Below the pieces are notes generated by a model. The model saw only the letters and a list, made by a program, of their open reading frames with translations. It was not told the origin of the DNA and ran no database searches. Below, piece by piece: positions 9,841-19,079 of a DNA stretch of 39,311 bases. Position 1 is the stretch's first letter. Each line of letters begins with the position of its first letter. The translations under genes were made by a program, and so were the position numbers. Origin of the DNA: Clostridia bacterium (GTDB lineage Bacteria; Bacillota; Clostridia; Christensenellales; CAG-138); NCBI GenBank assembly GCA_017440405.1, contig JAFSHG010000051.1, positions 1 through 39,311 on the forward strand, in the 5' to 3' direction.

Positions 9841-9891
9841 TTGACAAAATTATACCATGTTGGTATAATCAAAATATCCCAATACGGTATA
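9841..9891. promoter_or_regulatory. Bidirectional promoter with two operator-like inverted repeats
   Basis: Plus strand: perfect TTGACA(9841)-N17-TATAAT(9864). Palindrome ATTATACCA-tgt-TGGTATAAT (9849-9869) also gives a TGnTATAAT on the minus strand. Second copy TATCCCA-ata-CGGTATA (9875-9891). Confidence 0.8.
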
Positions 9892-10008
9892 AATACAAAA
9901 CAAAATGCCGTCGGGTTAAGAGCAAAAGTGTTTTTGATACTGCAAGGAAGCGAGTTTTACATGCAGCATTACGGAAACACATATGATACAGCCCATAAAT
10001 ACTTCATA

Positions 10009-10057
10009 TTGAAACGCCCACAAACTGCATTTTGCGGTGAGGGCGTTTCAAATTTTT
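10009..10057 (+). terminator. Intrinsic terminator upstream of priA
   Basis: 11-bp stem TTGAAACGCCC / GGGCGTTTCAA with an inner mini-stem, followed by ATTTTT. Confidence 0.7.
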
Positions 10058-10126
10058 GGCGGTATAGTGGAAAAATGTTTGCTTGCAGACGGGTTGCGGT
10101 GTTATAATATTGCGTGGAGGCATTTT

Positions 10127-12379
10127 ATGTACGCAAAGGTTATTATAGACATATCGCATGAAAACATAGACAGACTTTTTACATACCGTCTCACCGTGAA
10201 AGCAGCGGTGGGGCAGCGTGTTTTGGTGCCGTTCGGAAAAGGAAACAGGTTGACGGAAGGCTTCATCTTGGATATTACCGAAACTGCACCCGATTTGCAG
10301 GGACATGAGCTGAAAAACATAATAAAAGTGTGTGAAGATTATGCGGTATTGGACCGAGAACAGATAATGCTGGCAGAGTGGATAAGAGAAACATATCATT
10401 GCACTCTTGCTCAATCTTTGCGGCTCATGATACCCGCACAGATGCGAGGCATGAGAATATCGGAAAAGAAACTGCGTGCCGTGAAGATAAAAGACGGTGT
10501 GGATGCGGATGAATACTTGCGGTCATTGCGCACAAAGAACGGAAAGATACGTTCACAGGGTGCATATGACACCGTGGAATTTCTGATGCAGACGGATAAT
10601 GCGGTGTTGGTGAGCGACATAACAGAGATTATACCCACATGCTCATCGGCTGTGGTAAAGCGGCTTATTGATTTGGGCATTTTGGAAGTATCCATGCAGA
10701 CCGTTTACAGACGTCCTCAAACTGTGAAAAAAACAAGCGGCAAAAAACCTGAGCTTACAAAAGAACAAAAGACTGTGCTGGAACAGATACTGAGCGAAGA
10801 AAAAGGCACATTTCTCATTCACGGCGTTACGGGCAGCGGCAAGACGGAAGTATATATGAGCGTCATAGAGGATTTGGTATCCAAGGGCAAGGGGGCCATA
10901 GTTCTCGTACCCGAAATTTCACTCACACCGCAGACGGTGGCAAGGTTTACGGGCAGATTCGGAAAGCGTGTGGCAGTTTTGCACAGCCGACTCAGTGCGG
11001 GCGAAAGGTTTGATGAGTGGCGCAGGATAAGAGTGGGCGAGGTAGATGTGGTGGTGGGCGCACGCTCGGGAGTTTTTGCACCCGTGCATGATTTGGGGGC
11101 AATTATAATTGATGAAGAACATGAAAACGCATATGCGTCAGAGAAAAATCCGAGGTATAACGCCGTGGAAGTGGCACAGAAGCGTTGCAAAATTGCTTCT
11201 GCAAAACTTATTTTGGGCAGCGCAACACCGTCTGTCACCACGTATTTTCGTGCAAAGTTGGGGAAATATAAACTGCTTGAAATGAAAGAGAGAGTGAATG
11301 CCTTGCCGCTTCCTGCCGTGGAAACGGTGGACATGCGTGCCGAGTTTGTTTCGGGAAACAACAGCATATTCAGCAGACGTCTGGTGGAAAAACTGAAAAA
11401 ATGCATTGAAAACGGTGAGCAGGCGATACTTTTCTTAAACAGGCGTGGCTTTTCATCTGCCGTGTCATGCAGAAACTGTGGGTATGTGTGGAAATGTGAT
11501 TCGTGCGATGTTTCCATGACATATCATAAGTTTGACCGCAAGATGAAATGTCACTATTGCGGCGAGGAGGCGGACATACCGAAACTCTGCCCAAGTTGCA
11601 AAAAGGCATACATAAAGTACGTGGGAATAGGTACACAGCAGATAGAGGAAGAAATAAAAAAGATATTGCCGCAGGTTAGCTGTATAAGAATGGATGCGGA
11701 TACCACGAAGAAAAAGGATGCACACATGAACATCTTGTCCGAATTTGCATCGGGTAAGGCGCAGATACTCATAGGTACGCAGATGATTGCAAAGGGGCTG
11801 GACTTTCCAAACGTCACATTGGTGTGTGCAGTATCCGTGGACGCCATGCTTGCAATGCCTGATTTCAGGGGCTACGAGCGAACCTTTGAGCTTCTCACAC
11901 AGGTGGCAGGCAGGGCAGGCAGAGCAGGTAAAGAGGGCAGCGTGATACTCCAAACGAATATTCCGGACCATCCGGTGTTGACTTTCGCACAAAACCATGA
12001 TTACAAGGGGTTCTATGAATACACCATAAAAAACAGATTGGAAAACATGTATCCGCCATACTCCGTGTTTGTGAGAGTTTTATTTTCCTCAGAGGCTGAG
12101 GAAACGGCACATACAGAATCGGTGCGGTTTGCAAACTCTGTGTATGAGAGGATGTGTTCCCTGCTCAGCGCAAAGGGGGCGGACTTGAACGAAATTCTGT
12201 ACATATACGCCATGCCTGCACCCATAAAGCGCATACAGAACAAACACCGCAGACATGTGCTCATAAAGCTTGCGCGGACTAAAAACACGCACGAGCTTAT
12301 AAACACCGTGTACGATTATGATAAGGACGTTTTTGACTCGGAAATTTCTGTGGAAATAAACCCAAACGATATGCTCTGA
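10127..12379 (+). CDS. priA: Primosomal protein N' (replication restart helicase)
   Basis: GVTGSGKTEVY, LVPEISLTPQ, DEEHE, GSATPS, four CxxC pairs, KGLDFPNV, QVAGRAGR. ATG 10127 follows GGAGG and its own TGnTATAAT. Confidence 0.97.
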   Translation: MYAKVIIDISHENIDRLFTYRLTVKAAVGQRVLVPFGKGNRLTEGFILDITETAPDLQGHELKNIIKVCEDYAVLDREQIMLAEWIRETYHCTLAQSLRLMIPAQMRGMRISEKKLRAVKIKDGVDADEYLRSLRTKNGKIRSQGAYDTVEFLMQTDNAVLVSDITEIIPTCSSAVVKRLIDLGILEVSMQTVYRRPQTVKKTSGKKPELTKEQKTVLEQILSEEKGTFLIHGVTGSGKTEVYMSVIEDLVSKGKGAIVLVPEISLTPQTVARFTGRFGKRVAVLHSRLSAGERFDEWRRIRVGEVDVVVGARSGVFAPVHDLGAIIIDEEHENAYASEKNPRYNAVEVAQKRCKIASAKLILGSATPSVTTYFRAKLGKYKLLEMKERVNALPLPAVETVDMRAEFVSGNNSIFSRRLVEKLKKCIENGEQAILFLNRRGFSSAVSCRNCGYVWKCDSCDVSMTYHKFDRKMKCHYCGEEADIPKLCPSCKKAYIKYVGIGTQQIEEEIKKILPQVSCIRMDADTTKKKDAHMNILSEFASGKAQILIGTQMIAKGLDFPNVTLVCAVSVDAMLAMPDFRGYERTFELLTQVAGRAGRAGKEGSVILQTNIPDHPVLTFAQNHDYKGFYEYTIKNRLENMYPPYSVFVRVLFSSEAEETAHTESVRFANSVYERMCSLLSAKGADLNEILYIYAMPAPIKRIQNKHRRHVLIKLARTKNTHELINTVYDYDKDVFDSEISVEINPNDML

Positions 12380-12433
12380 CAAAAAATAACAGCAAAAGTT
12401 TGAATTTTAACCTACTTTTCTAAAATATAGGGC

Positions 12434-12522
12434 TTCATATTTCCAAAAAAATACCTTATAATAAGAATGGGCGTATATGGTATGCTCATTTGGTTTACTC
12501 ACTTTGCACGCACGCTTATAAT
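12434..12522 (+). promoter_or_regulatory. Tandem sigmaA-like promoters and an operator-like inverted repeat upstream of the RND gene
   Basis: TTCATA-N17-TATAAT and TTTACT-N17-TATAAT flank the imperfect palindrome AATGGGCGTA-N5-TATGCTCATT (12466-12490). Confidence 0.45.
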
Positions 12523-12568
12523 GGGTACGGTATGATTTTTATTTAAATGACTTTGAAGGAGAACTCGG

Positions 12569-15500
12569 ATGTTATCAAGATTCAGCGTAAAAAAGCCGCT
12601 TACGGTTATAATGGCACTTTTCATGGTGATAATACTTGGATATGTGTCTTTTACAAACATGAGCACGGACCTTTTGCCAAATATGGATTTGCCGTATGTG
12701 GCCATCTTTACGGTATACGGCGGTGCAGGTCCCGAAAAGGTGGAAACTGCTCTCACGAAACCGCTTGAACAGACGCTGTCCACCACAAACGGAGTGGAAA
12801 ATGTCACCAGTATTTCTGCGGAAAATTACTGCGTGATTGTGCTGGAATTTGCGCAAAACACTAATTTAGACAGTGCAATAATCGAGATGAGCAGTCGTGT
12901 GAGTCAGATAACATCATCGCTTGATGAATCGGTGGGAGAACCCATGTACCTTAAAATCAACCCCGACTTGCTTCCCGTGGTGATTGCAAGTGCAGATTAT
13001 GAGGGACTGTCCCGTGTGGAAGTGGCAAAAAAAGTGGAGGAAGATGTCATACCTGCACTCGAAAGAGTGGAGGGCGTGGCTGCCGTATCGGCAACGGGCA
13101 TCATTGAAAACACGCTGAAAATCACCATTGACGATGAAAAGACAGAAGAACTGAACAATAAGATACTTGCAGCAGTGGATGAAACTTTGCTGGACACCGA
13201 AAAGAAACTGGACGAAGCACAGGAAAAATTGGACAAGGGCAAGGCTGAACTTGAAGAGGCGAAGAAGGAGCAAAACGAGAGTTTGGCAGACGCAACAGTG
13301 CTGGTGCAGTCGGGCATGACACAATTGCTCTTGGGTAAAAGCACCGTGGATACGGGTATAACGCTGCTCGGTACTGTGGACGAGGTTTTTGATGATTTGG
13401 ATGCAACACTGGAAAATGCAGAGAAAGATTCCGGAAAGCTCAAAGATTACAGACCCCAACTCAAAGCAATTATAACGTCAATCAAAACCGTGCTGACCAC
13501 CGTGTATGACGGTGTTGACTCCGCACTTGAAAAACTGGATAAAGACAGCGAAATATACGGTGAACTGTACTCCAAATTAAATGAGATAAAGGGCAAGCTG
13601 GAAAGGCGTATATCAAGATGCGATGATGCACTTTCGGCACTGCGCAAGGCAAAGACGCTGAACGAGGCAGTAACGGTGTTGCGTGAGTTCTTGCATGACA
13701 TAGAGAGCAAGTACAGAGGGCTTATGCGTACCATGGAAAGTACGGCGGAAGAACTCGGTGAGCAGTATGAGCTTTTGTCCGAACAGTACGGCGACCTTGA
13801 ATCGGGCAAGATGACGTATTCTCAGGAGATAACGCTTGCACAGGTGAAATTGGACAATGCACAGGCACAACTGGATGCAGGCAGAGCAGAGTTTGAAGCT
13901 GCAAAGGAGAAAGCATATGAAGCTGCAGGGCTGGACGGTGCTATCACGGTGGAAGCCATAAGCGGGCTCATAAGTGCCGAGAATTTTGCAATGCCCGTGG
14001 GAAGCATAACGGAAGATAATGTAACTTATGCGGTGAAGGTGGGCGACAAGTTTGCAGACGATGAGGAACTCATTTCATGGGAACTGTTCAACATTGAAGC
14101 AGGCGATATAGGCGTTATCACTCTGGAAGATTTGGCAACGGTGGAGCATCTGGATAACAGCGGCGACATGTATGCCAAGGTGAATGGAAATGACGGCATA
14201 CTCATAACGGTGGATAAGCAGAGTACGTATTCCACCACGGATGTGGCACATAACATACAGGATGAAATAAAAGAATTGGAGAGTGAGCATGACGGGCTTA
14301 CAATAACGGCACTGAGTGACCAGGGCGAATACATAGATGTCGTAATAGGCTCTGTAATGCAGGCGCTTATAGGCGGCGGCATACTTGCCATACTCATACT
14401 TATAGTATTCCTGAAAGACTGGCGACCCACGCTTATTATAGCCATCAGCATACCGTCCAGTTTGCTTTTTGCCATTGTACTGATGTACTTCACGGGAGTG
14501 TCGTTAAACATCATATCGCTTTCGGGACTTGCGCTGGGCGTTGGAATGTTGGTGGATAACAGTATTGTAGTGGTGGAGAACATATACAGGTTGAAGTCTT
14601 TGGGAATGCCTGTTCGTGAAGCTGCCATAGACGGTGCAAAGCAAATGGCAGGTGCTATTGTGGCATCAACACTTACTACGGCATCGGTATTCCTGCCCAT
14701 AGTTTTCACACAGGGCATTACAAAACAGATTTTTGCCGATATGGGTCTTACCATAGCATACTCGCTGTTTGCAAGCCTCATTGTAGCTCTCACGCTTGTG
14801 CCTGCTCTCAGTTCAAAAATGCTTGTTAAGACCAAGGAGAAAAAGTATAAAGTATTAGGTGGCATAACAAACGGATATGCTAAACTTTTAGATTTCACCT
14901 TGCGGAAAAAAGCAATAGTTTTGGTTAGCACACTGCTGTTGTTTGCGTTGAGTCTTGTGTGTACATTCAGCATGGGAACGGAGTTCATACCCGAAAGTGA
15001 CATGAAGCAAATGAGTGTAACCATAGAGATGCCCATAGGAACAAGCGACGAGGACACCCGTGCGATGAGTGAACAGGTGATAGATAAGATAAGCACCATA
15101 ACCGATATAGATACCATAGCAGCTATGCAGGGCGGCTCGGGCATGATGAGCATGATGGGCGGCGGTGAAGGAGGAAAAACGGTGTCCATGTACCTGCTTT
15201 TGAAAGATGACAGAAGCATGACGAGTCGGGAAGTGGGAATACAGATTGAAAAGCTCACAAAGGATTTGGACTGCACAGTGACTGTGGCTTCATCCAATAT
15301 GAGCATGAGTATGCTCACAGGTTCAGGTGTACAGATTTCAATCAAAGGCACGGATTTGGATGACTTGCAGAAAGCCGCAACGGACATTGGAAACATGCTC
15401 AGAGGCATAGAAGGTACAAAGACTGTGACCACGGGATTGGAAGAAGTGTCGCAGGAGATACGTATCATTGTGGATAAGAACAAGGCGATGGCAAACGGAT

Positions 15501-16522
15501 ATACGGTGGCACAGGTATACATGAAAGTGGCAGAGGCAATAGCAACAGAAAACACCGCAACCACCATAGAAATGGGTGATGATGAATATGCAGTGGTGGT
15601 GGCAGCAGGTGAGAATAAGACGGCCACACGGGAAAGCCTTGAAAACCTTGAACTTGAAAAGACGAGCATGACGGGCGATGCACAAATGACGGATATGGGC
15701 AATGCGAACCTTGCATTTGATGGGGATAGCGGAGACGATACCAAAAAGTCGGATGCTGAGGATGAAGATGATGACAACACCGTGCTTTTGAAGGATATAG
15801 CACAGATCACGCTTGCCGATACGCCCAAGTCCATAACCCATGAGAATCAGGTACGAACCATGACCGTAAATGCCGAGGTGGAAGCTACGCATAATGTGGG
15901 CAAACTCACGGCAGAGTTTGAGAGAAAACTGGAATCTTATGATTTCCCCGGCGACTGCTACTATGTTACAGGCGGCGAAAACGAGTACATAGAGAGTGCA
16001 TTGCGTGATTTGCTGTACATGCTTTTCATTGCACTTGCATTCATATACATGATAATGGTGGCACAGTTCCAGTCACTCAAATCCCCGTTTATAGTTATGT
16101 TCACCATACCTCTTGCATTCACGGGTGGTTTCCTGTTGCTGTGGGCTTTGGGCTTCAACCTGAGCATAGTGGCAATGCTCGGACTCTTGGTACTTGCAGG
16201 CGTGGTGGTAAATAACGGCATCGTGTTTGTAGATTATGCAAACCAGCTTGTGGAGAGCGGAATGAACTTGCGAGAGGCAATGATTGAAACGGGAAAAACC
16301 CGTATAAGACCCATAATAATGACGGCTATTACCACCATACTCGGACTTGTGACCATGGCACTGGGGATAGGTGAGGGCACAGACATGGTGCAGCCTATGG
16401 CTATCGTGGTAATAGGCGGACTCATATATGCAACGCTGTTGACGCTGTTTGTAATTCCTGCGCTATACGAGATTTTTAATAAAAAGTCGAAAAAGAAAGA
16501 AGAACAAAAGGGTGAAGCATAA
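12569..16522 (+). CDS. RND efflux permease (AcrB/SwrC-like) with a large coiled-coil insertion
   Basis: DLLP..DLP, P..VE...TKPLE, GMLVDNSIVVVENI, ASTLTT..VFLP, GVVVNNGI, R.RPI.MT and 12-TM RND layout. 1317 aa versus about 1050 aa typical. Confidence 0.93.
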   Translation: MLSRFSVKKPLTVIMALFMVIILGYVSFTNMSTDLLPNMDLPYVAIFTVYGGAGPEKVETALTKPLEQTLSTTNGVENVTSISAENYCVIVLEFAQNTNLDSAIIEMSSRVSQITSSLDESVGEPMYLKINPDLLPVVIASADYEGLSRVEVAKKVEEDVIPALERVEGVAAVSATGIIENTLKITIDDEKTEELNNKILAAVDETLLDTEKKLDEAQEKLDKGKAELEEAKKEQNESLADATVLVQSGMTQLLLGKSTVDTGITLLGTVDEVFDDLDATLENAEKDSGKLKDYRPQLKAIITSIKTVLTTVYDGVDSALEKLDKDSEIYGELYSKLNEIKGKLERRISRCDDALSALRKAKTLNEAVTVLREFLHDIESKYRGLMRTMESTAEELGEQYELLSEQYGDLESGKMTYSQEITLAQVKLDNAQAQLDAGRAEFEAAKEKAYEAAGLDGAITVEAISGLISAENFAMPVGSITEDNVTYAVKVGDKFADDEELISWELFNIEAGDIGVITLEDLATVEHLDNSGDMYAKVNGNDGILITVDKQSTYSTTDVAHNIQDEIKELESEHDGLTITALSDQGEYIDVVIGSVMQALIGGGILAILILIVFLKDWRPTLIIAISIPSSLLFAIVLMYFTGVSLNIISLSGLALGVGMLVDNSIVVVENIYRLKSLGMPVREAAIDGAKQMAGAIVASTLTTASVFLPIVFTQGITKQIFADMGLTIAYSLFASLIVALTLVPALSSKMLVKTKEKKYKVLGGITNGYAKLLDFTLRKKAIVLVSTLLLFALSLVCTFSMGTEFIPESDMKQMSVTIEMPIGTSDEDTRAMSEQVIDKISTITDIDTIAAMQGGSGMMSMMGGGEGGKTVSMYLLLKDDRSMTSREVGIQIEKLTKDLDCTVTVASSNMSMSMLTGSGVQISIKGTDLDDLQKAATDIGNMLRGIEGTKTVTTGLEEVSQEIRIIVDKNKAMANGYTVAQVYMKVAEAIATENTATTIEMGDDEYAVVVAAGENKTATRESLENLELEKTSMTGDAQMTDMGNANLAFDGDSGDDTKKSDAEDEDDDNTVLLKDIAQITLADTPKSITHENQVRTMTVNAEVEATHNVGKLTAEFERKLESYDFPGDCYYVTGGENEYIESALRDLLYMLFIALAFIYMIMVAQFQSLKSPFIVMFTIPLAFTGGFLLLWALGFNLSIVAMLGLLVLAGVVVNNGIVFVDYANQLVESGMNLREAMIETGKTRIRPIIMTAITTILGLVTMALGIGEGTDMVQPMAIVVIGGLIYATLLTLFVIPALYEIFNKKSKKKEEQKGEA

Positions 16523-17304
16523 TGAGAGCTTTTTTACGGAGACACGGATATAAACTGCTGCTTATCATAGGACTCATCTTGATAGCGGACACTGCTTTGT
16601 TGCTGTTCAAAACCGCATCACGCACACTCGGTATCTTTATGCCGGCTGTGATTGGTGCACCGCTTGTGATTGTGGCGGCTATGATACGGTTTATACCCGA
16701 GTTTTTCGTGAGTTTATTTGGCAAGCTGCTGAAATGGCTTCTGATTATAGGGTACTCATGTTTTGCTATTATATTTTTGTGCACAACGGTTTTGACTTTC
16801 ACAGAAGGGCATAAGACTCCGCCGAATGATGCTGACATACTCATTGTCCCCGGCTGTGGTGTAAAGGGAAGCAGGGTGACTCTTACCCTGTCCAATAGGC
16901 TTGACCGTGCAATAGAGTATTTGGAGGAAAACGAGAACACCGTAGTCATCGTGTCGGGTGGACAGGGCAGAGGTGAGGATATTTCAGAAGCCCAAGCCAT
17001 GCATGACTATATGTGCGCAAGGGGCATAGAGGACGAACGCATAATAATGGAGGATAAGTCCGAAAGCACGGAGGAAAATTTTAAATTTTCAAAGAAAATT
17101 GCGGACAAGCTGTACCCCAACGGCGCAAAAGTCTGCTATGTTACCACATATTTCCACGTGTACCGTGCAGGGAAAGTGGCACAGAGCTGCGGATTTGAAG
17201 ATATAAGCGGTATGGGAGCAAAAGGCGTGTGGTACATCACACCCAACGACTATTTGCGGGAATGCGTGGCGATATGCGTGTACTTTGTGACGGGGCGACT
17301 GTGA
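16522..17304 (+). CDS. YdcF/SanA/ElyC (DUF218) family membrane protein
   Basis: Three N-terminal TMs, RLD.A, IVSGGQG..E..SEA.AM, ED.S.ST.ENF.FS, FH.YRA, RE. TAATG coupling to the RND gene. Confidence 0.92.
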   Translation: MRAFLRRHGYKLLLIIGLILIADTALLLFKTASRTLGIFMPAVIGAPLVIVAAMIRFIPEFFVSLFGKLLKWLLIIGYSCFAIIFLCTTVLTFTEGHKTPPNDADILIVPGCGVKGSRVTLTLSNRLDRAIEYLEENENTVVIVSGGQGRGEDISEAQAMHDYMCARGIEDERIIMEDKSESTEENFKFSKKIADKLYPNGAKVCYVTTYFHVYRAGKVAQSCGFEDISGMGAKGVWYITPNDYLRECVAICVYFVTGRL

Positions 17305-17332
17305 ATTAAAAATGTGATGCATGTGCAAAATA
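17303..17332 (+). promoter_or_regulatory. Putative sigmaG/sigmaF (forespore) promoter of the yetF-like gene
   Basis: GAATT-N18-CAAAATA matches the sigmaG pattern GnATA-N18-CAwAhTA with one mismatch. Confidence 0.5.
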
Positions 17333-17350
17333 AGCGTGAGGTGATGAAAA

Positions 17351-18061
17351 ATGCTCACGCTTTTTTATAGGGCAATAATAATATATTTGCTCGTTTTTGT
17401 TGTAATCAGATTATCTGGAAAGAGACAGCTCTCACAGTTGCAACCCTTCGACCTTGTAATGACATTGCTCATTGCAGACCTGGCATCGGAGCCTGCTGCT
17501 GATCCGCGTATACCGTTGTATTACGGTGTTGTCCCCATTGCAGCCATTTTCATAATGCAAAAGGTCATTGCACTCATTGCCATTAAGTCGGAAGCTATTC
17601 GCTCATTAGCTTGCGGAAAGCCGCTCATGGTCATAAGCGGCGGTCATGTGTGTGAAGAAACTATGCGAAAAGCTCGCTACTCCGTGCAAGACCTCTTGGA
17701 ACACTTGCGTACAATGTCCGTGTTCAATATATCCGAGGTGCAATATGCCATTTTGGAAACGGGTGGCAGTCTGTCCGTTATGCTAAAAGGTCCGTTCCAA
17801 ACTCCCACATGCGGAGAGTTGAATGTGGGTGCGGATGAAAAAGGCCTTTCGTATGCGCTCATTATAGACGGAAAAATAATAGAACAAGCAGTACAGGAAT
17901 CCGGACTGGACGAAAAGACGCTCATGCAAAGATTGAAATCGGTAGGAATTACCGATGTAAAACATGTTCTCTTTGCAGTGCAGGAGGACGACGGAAAGAC
18001 TGTGATACAGACCAAAGCATTCTGCGGCGGCAAGACGTACACGGTGGATGCGGCAAAGTGA
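17351..18061 (+). CDS. DUF421 (YetF/YdfS family) spore membrane protein
   Basis: R..GKRQLSQL.PFDLV, GKP...I..G, L...LR, V.YAILET.G.LSV, LIIDG.I. Confidence 0.9.
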   Translation: MLTLFYRAIIIYLLVFVVIRLSGKRQLSQLQPFDLVMTLLIADLASEPAADPRIPLYYGVVPIAAIFIMQKVIALIAIKSEAIRSLACGKPLMVISGGHVCEETMRKARYSVQDLLEHLRTMSVFNISEVQYAILETGGSLSVMLKGPFQTPTCGELNVGADEKGLSYALIIDGKIIEQAVQESGLDEKTLMQRLKSVGITDVKHVLFAVQEDDGKTVIQTKAFCGGKTYTVDAAK

Positions 18062-18070
18062 CTCTAATAC

Positions 18071-18112
18071 AAAAAATATTGGGGAAAACCGAATCGCCCC
18101 AATATTCTTTTT
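18071..18112. terminator. Bidirectional intrinsic terminator
   Basis: AATATTGGGG...CCCCAATATT with an A run before and a T run after, between convergent genes. Confidence 0.8.
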
Positions 18113-18146
18113 GAAATATTTGTAAGTGCATACGGTGTTGAATCCG

Positions 18147-19079
18147 TTACTGCATCCATGTGCCGTCGCCCAGTGCGTCTGAAAGCTCACGGATATAATT
18201 TCCTAAGTATGAAACTTTGCTCACACCCGACATTTCCAGAAATTCCGTATTTATGCGTACCAGTTTGCGAAACGCCGCCGTGAGTGAAAGAAGCCTTGAC
18301 TTATGCTCTGTAAGCTCTAAGTTCTGCTCGGACAGCTTGGAATGAAGCTCCGTGTTTTCATCACGCAAACGGAGTACATCTTCGTCCGTCATGCTTTCCA
18401 GCTCATTTAGCCTGCGAATTGCCGTAGCACCACGTCCTGCACTCAGCGCAAGTGCGCCTATGCTCTCAAAGAGTGCTGAAACATCAAGTCCCTCCACATT
18501 GTAAAGCTCGCTAACTGTTTCCGCCATTATGTCTACCAGTTGCTCATTGCGCTGTGCCGACTTGCAGGGTCTGCCTAAACGTCTCTCGTTTTTGTCCGTG
18601 TACGGGTCGAAAACGGGGACACCTTCCGATTTCAGCTCCGAAATTACAGAGTGTACGAGTTCCGGGTTGCTGCGAACCACAGAACGGTATTTGTTCTGAT
18701 ACCTCAGCATCGCCGTGGTATCACCATCGCCCAGTGCCATGGTACTTGCACGAACCGAAATGCCTTTTGCTCTGTCGGTTAGGATTCTGCGCAAGAGTGT
18801 GCGTACTTCATCTTCCTCAAAGGGTACAAAGTTCACCGTCTTGCACGGCTCGTACAGTCTGCATATGTCCTCGTCCCTTATGCGCAAGTAGTAGTAGTTG
18901 CGAATACTGTTTGACTTTCTGCCCGTAAGCTGTGCAATGCGGTCAAAAGCCGTGCGCAAGGGTTTTCCGCTTTCACGAGCGTGTTTCACTTCCGAAAAAA
19001 GCTGTGCGTCCTCCGTCTCGCTCCAACCACTGTGTGAACGAAGCCTTGCGGAATAAAGTGTGGGTTTTACTGTTTCCAT
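18147..19079 (-). CDS. RsfA-like transcriptional regulator with two Myb/SANT-like repeats and a C-terminal coiled coil
   Basis: WSETEDAQLF..V...RE.G..L..AF..IA....R....IRNYYY resembles the RsfA N-domain. Second repeat FEEDEV..LL..IL.....G.SVR...RYQNKY. GGAGG RBS. Confidence 0.6.
   Translation of the reverse strand: METVKPTLYSARLRSHSGWSETEDAQLFSEVKHARESGKPLRTAFDRIAQLTGRKSNSIRNYYYLRIRDEDICRLYEPCKTVNFVPFEEDEVRTLLRRILTDRAKGISVRASTMALGDGDTTAMLRYQNKYRSVVRSNPELVHSVISELKSEGVPVFDPYTDKNERRLGRPCKSAQRNEQLVDIMAETVSELYNVEGLDVSALFESIGALALSAGRGATAIRRLNELESMTDEDVLRLRDENTELHSKLSEQNLELTEHKSRLLSLTAAFRKLVRINTEFLEMSGVSKVSYLGNYIRELSDALGDGTWMQ

Noticed and set aside
9585-10057. Prophage or ICE remnant around the XRE gene
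   Set aside because: No integrase, att-like direct repeats or other mobile genes were seen, so it is not called a mobile element.
9841-10107. 88-aa ORF as the cro/toxin partner of the XRE gene
   Set aside because: Its TTG start is the -35 box itself, it has no HTH or toxin features, and it crosses a terminator and the priA promoter.
14026-15834. 602-aa minus-strand ORF
   Set aside because: It is an antisense shadow of the RND gene, with Ser/Ile-rich composition, no motif and no RBS.
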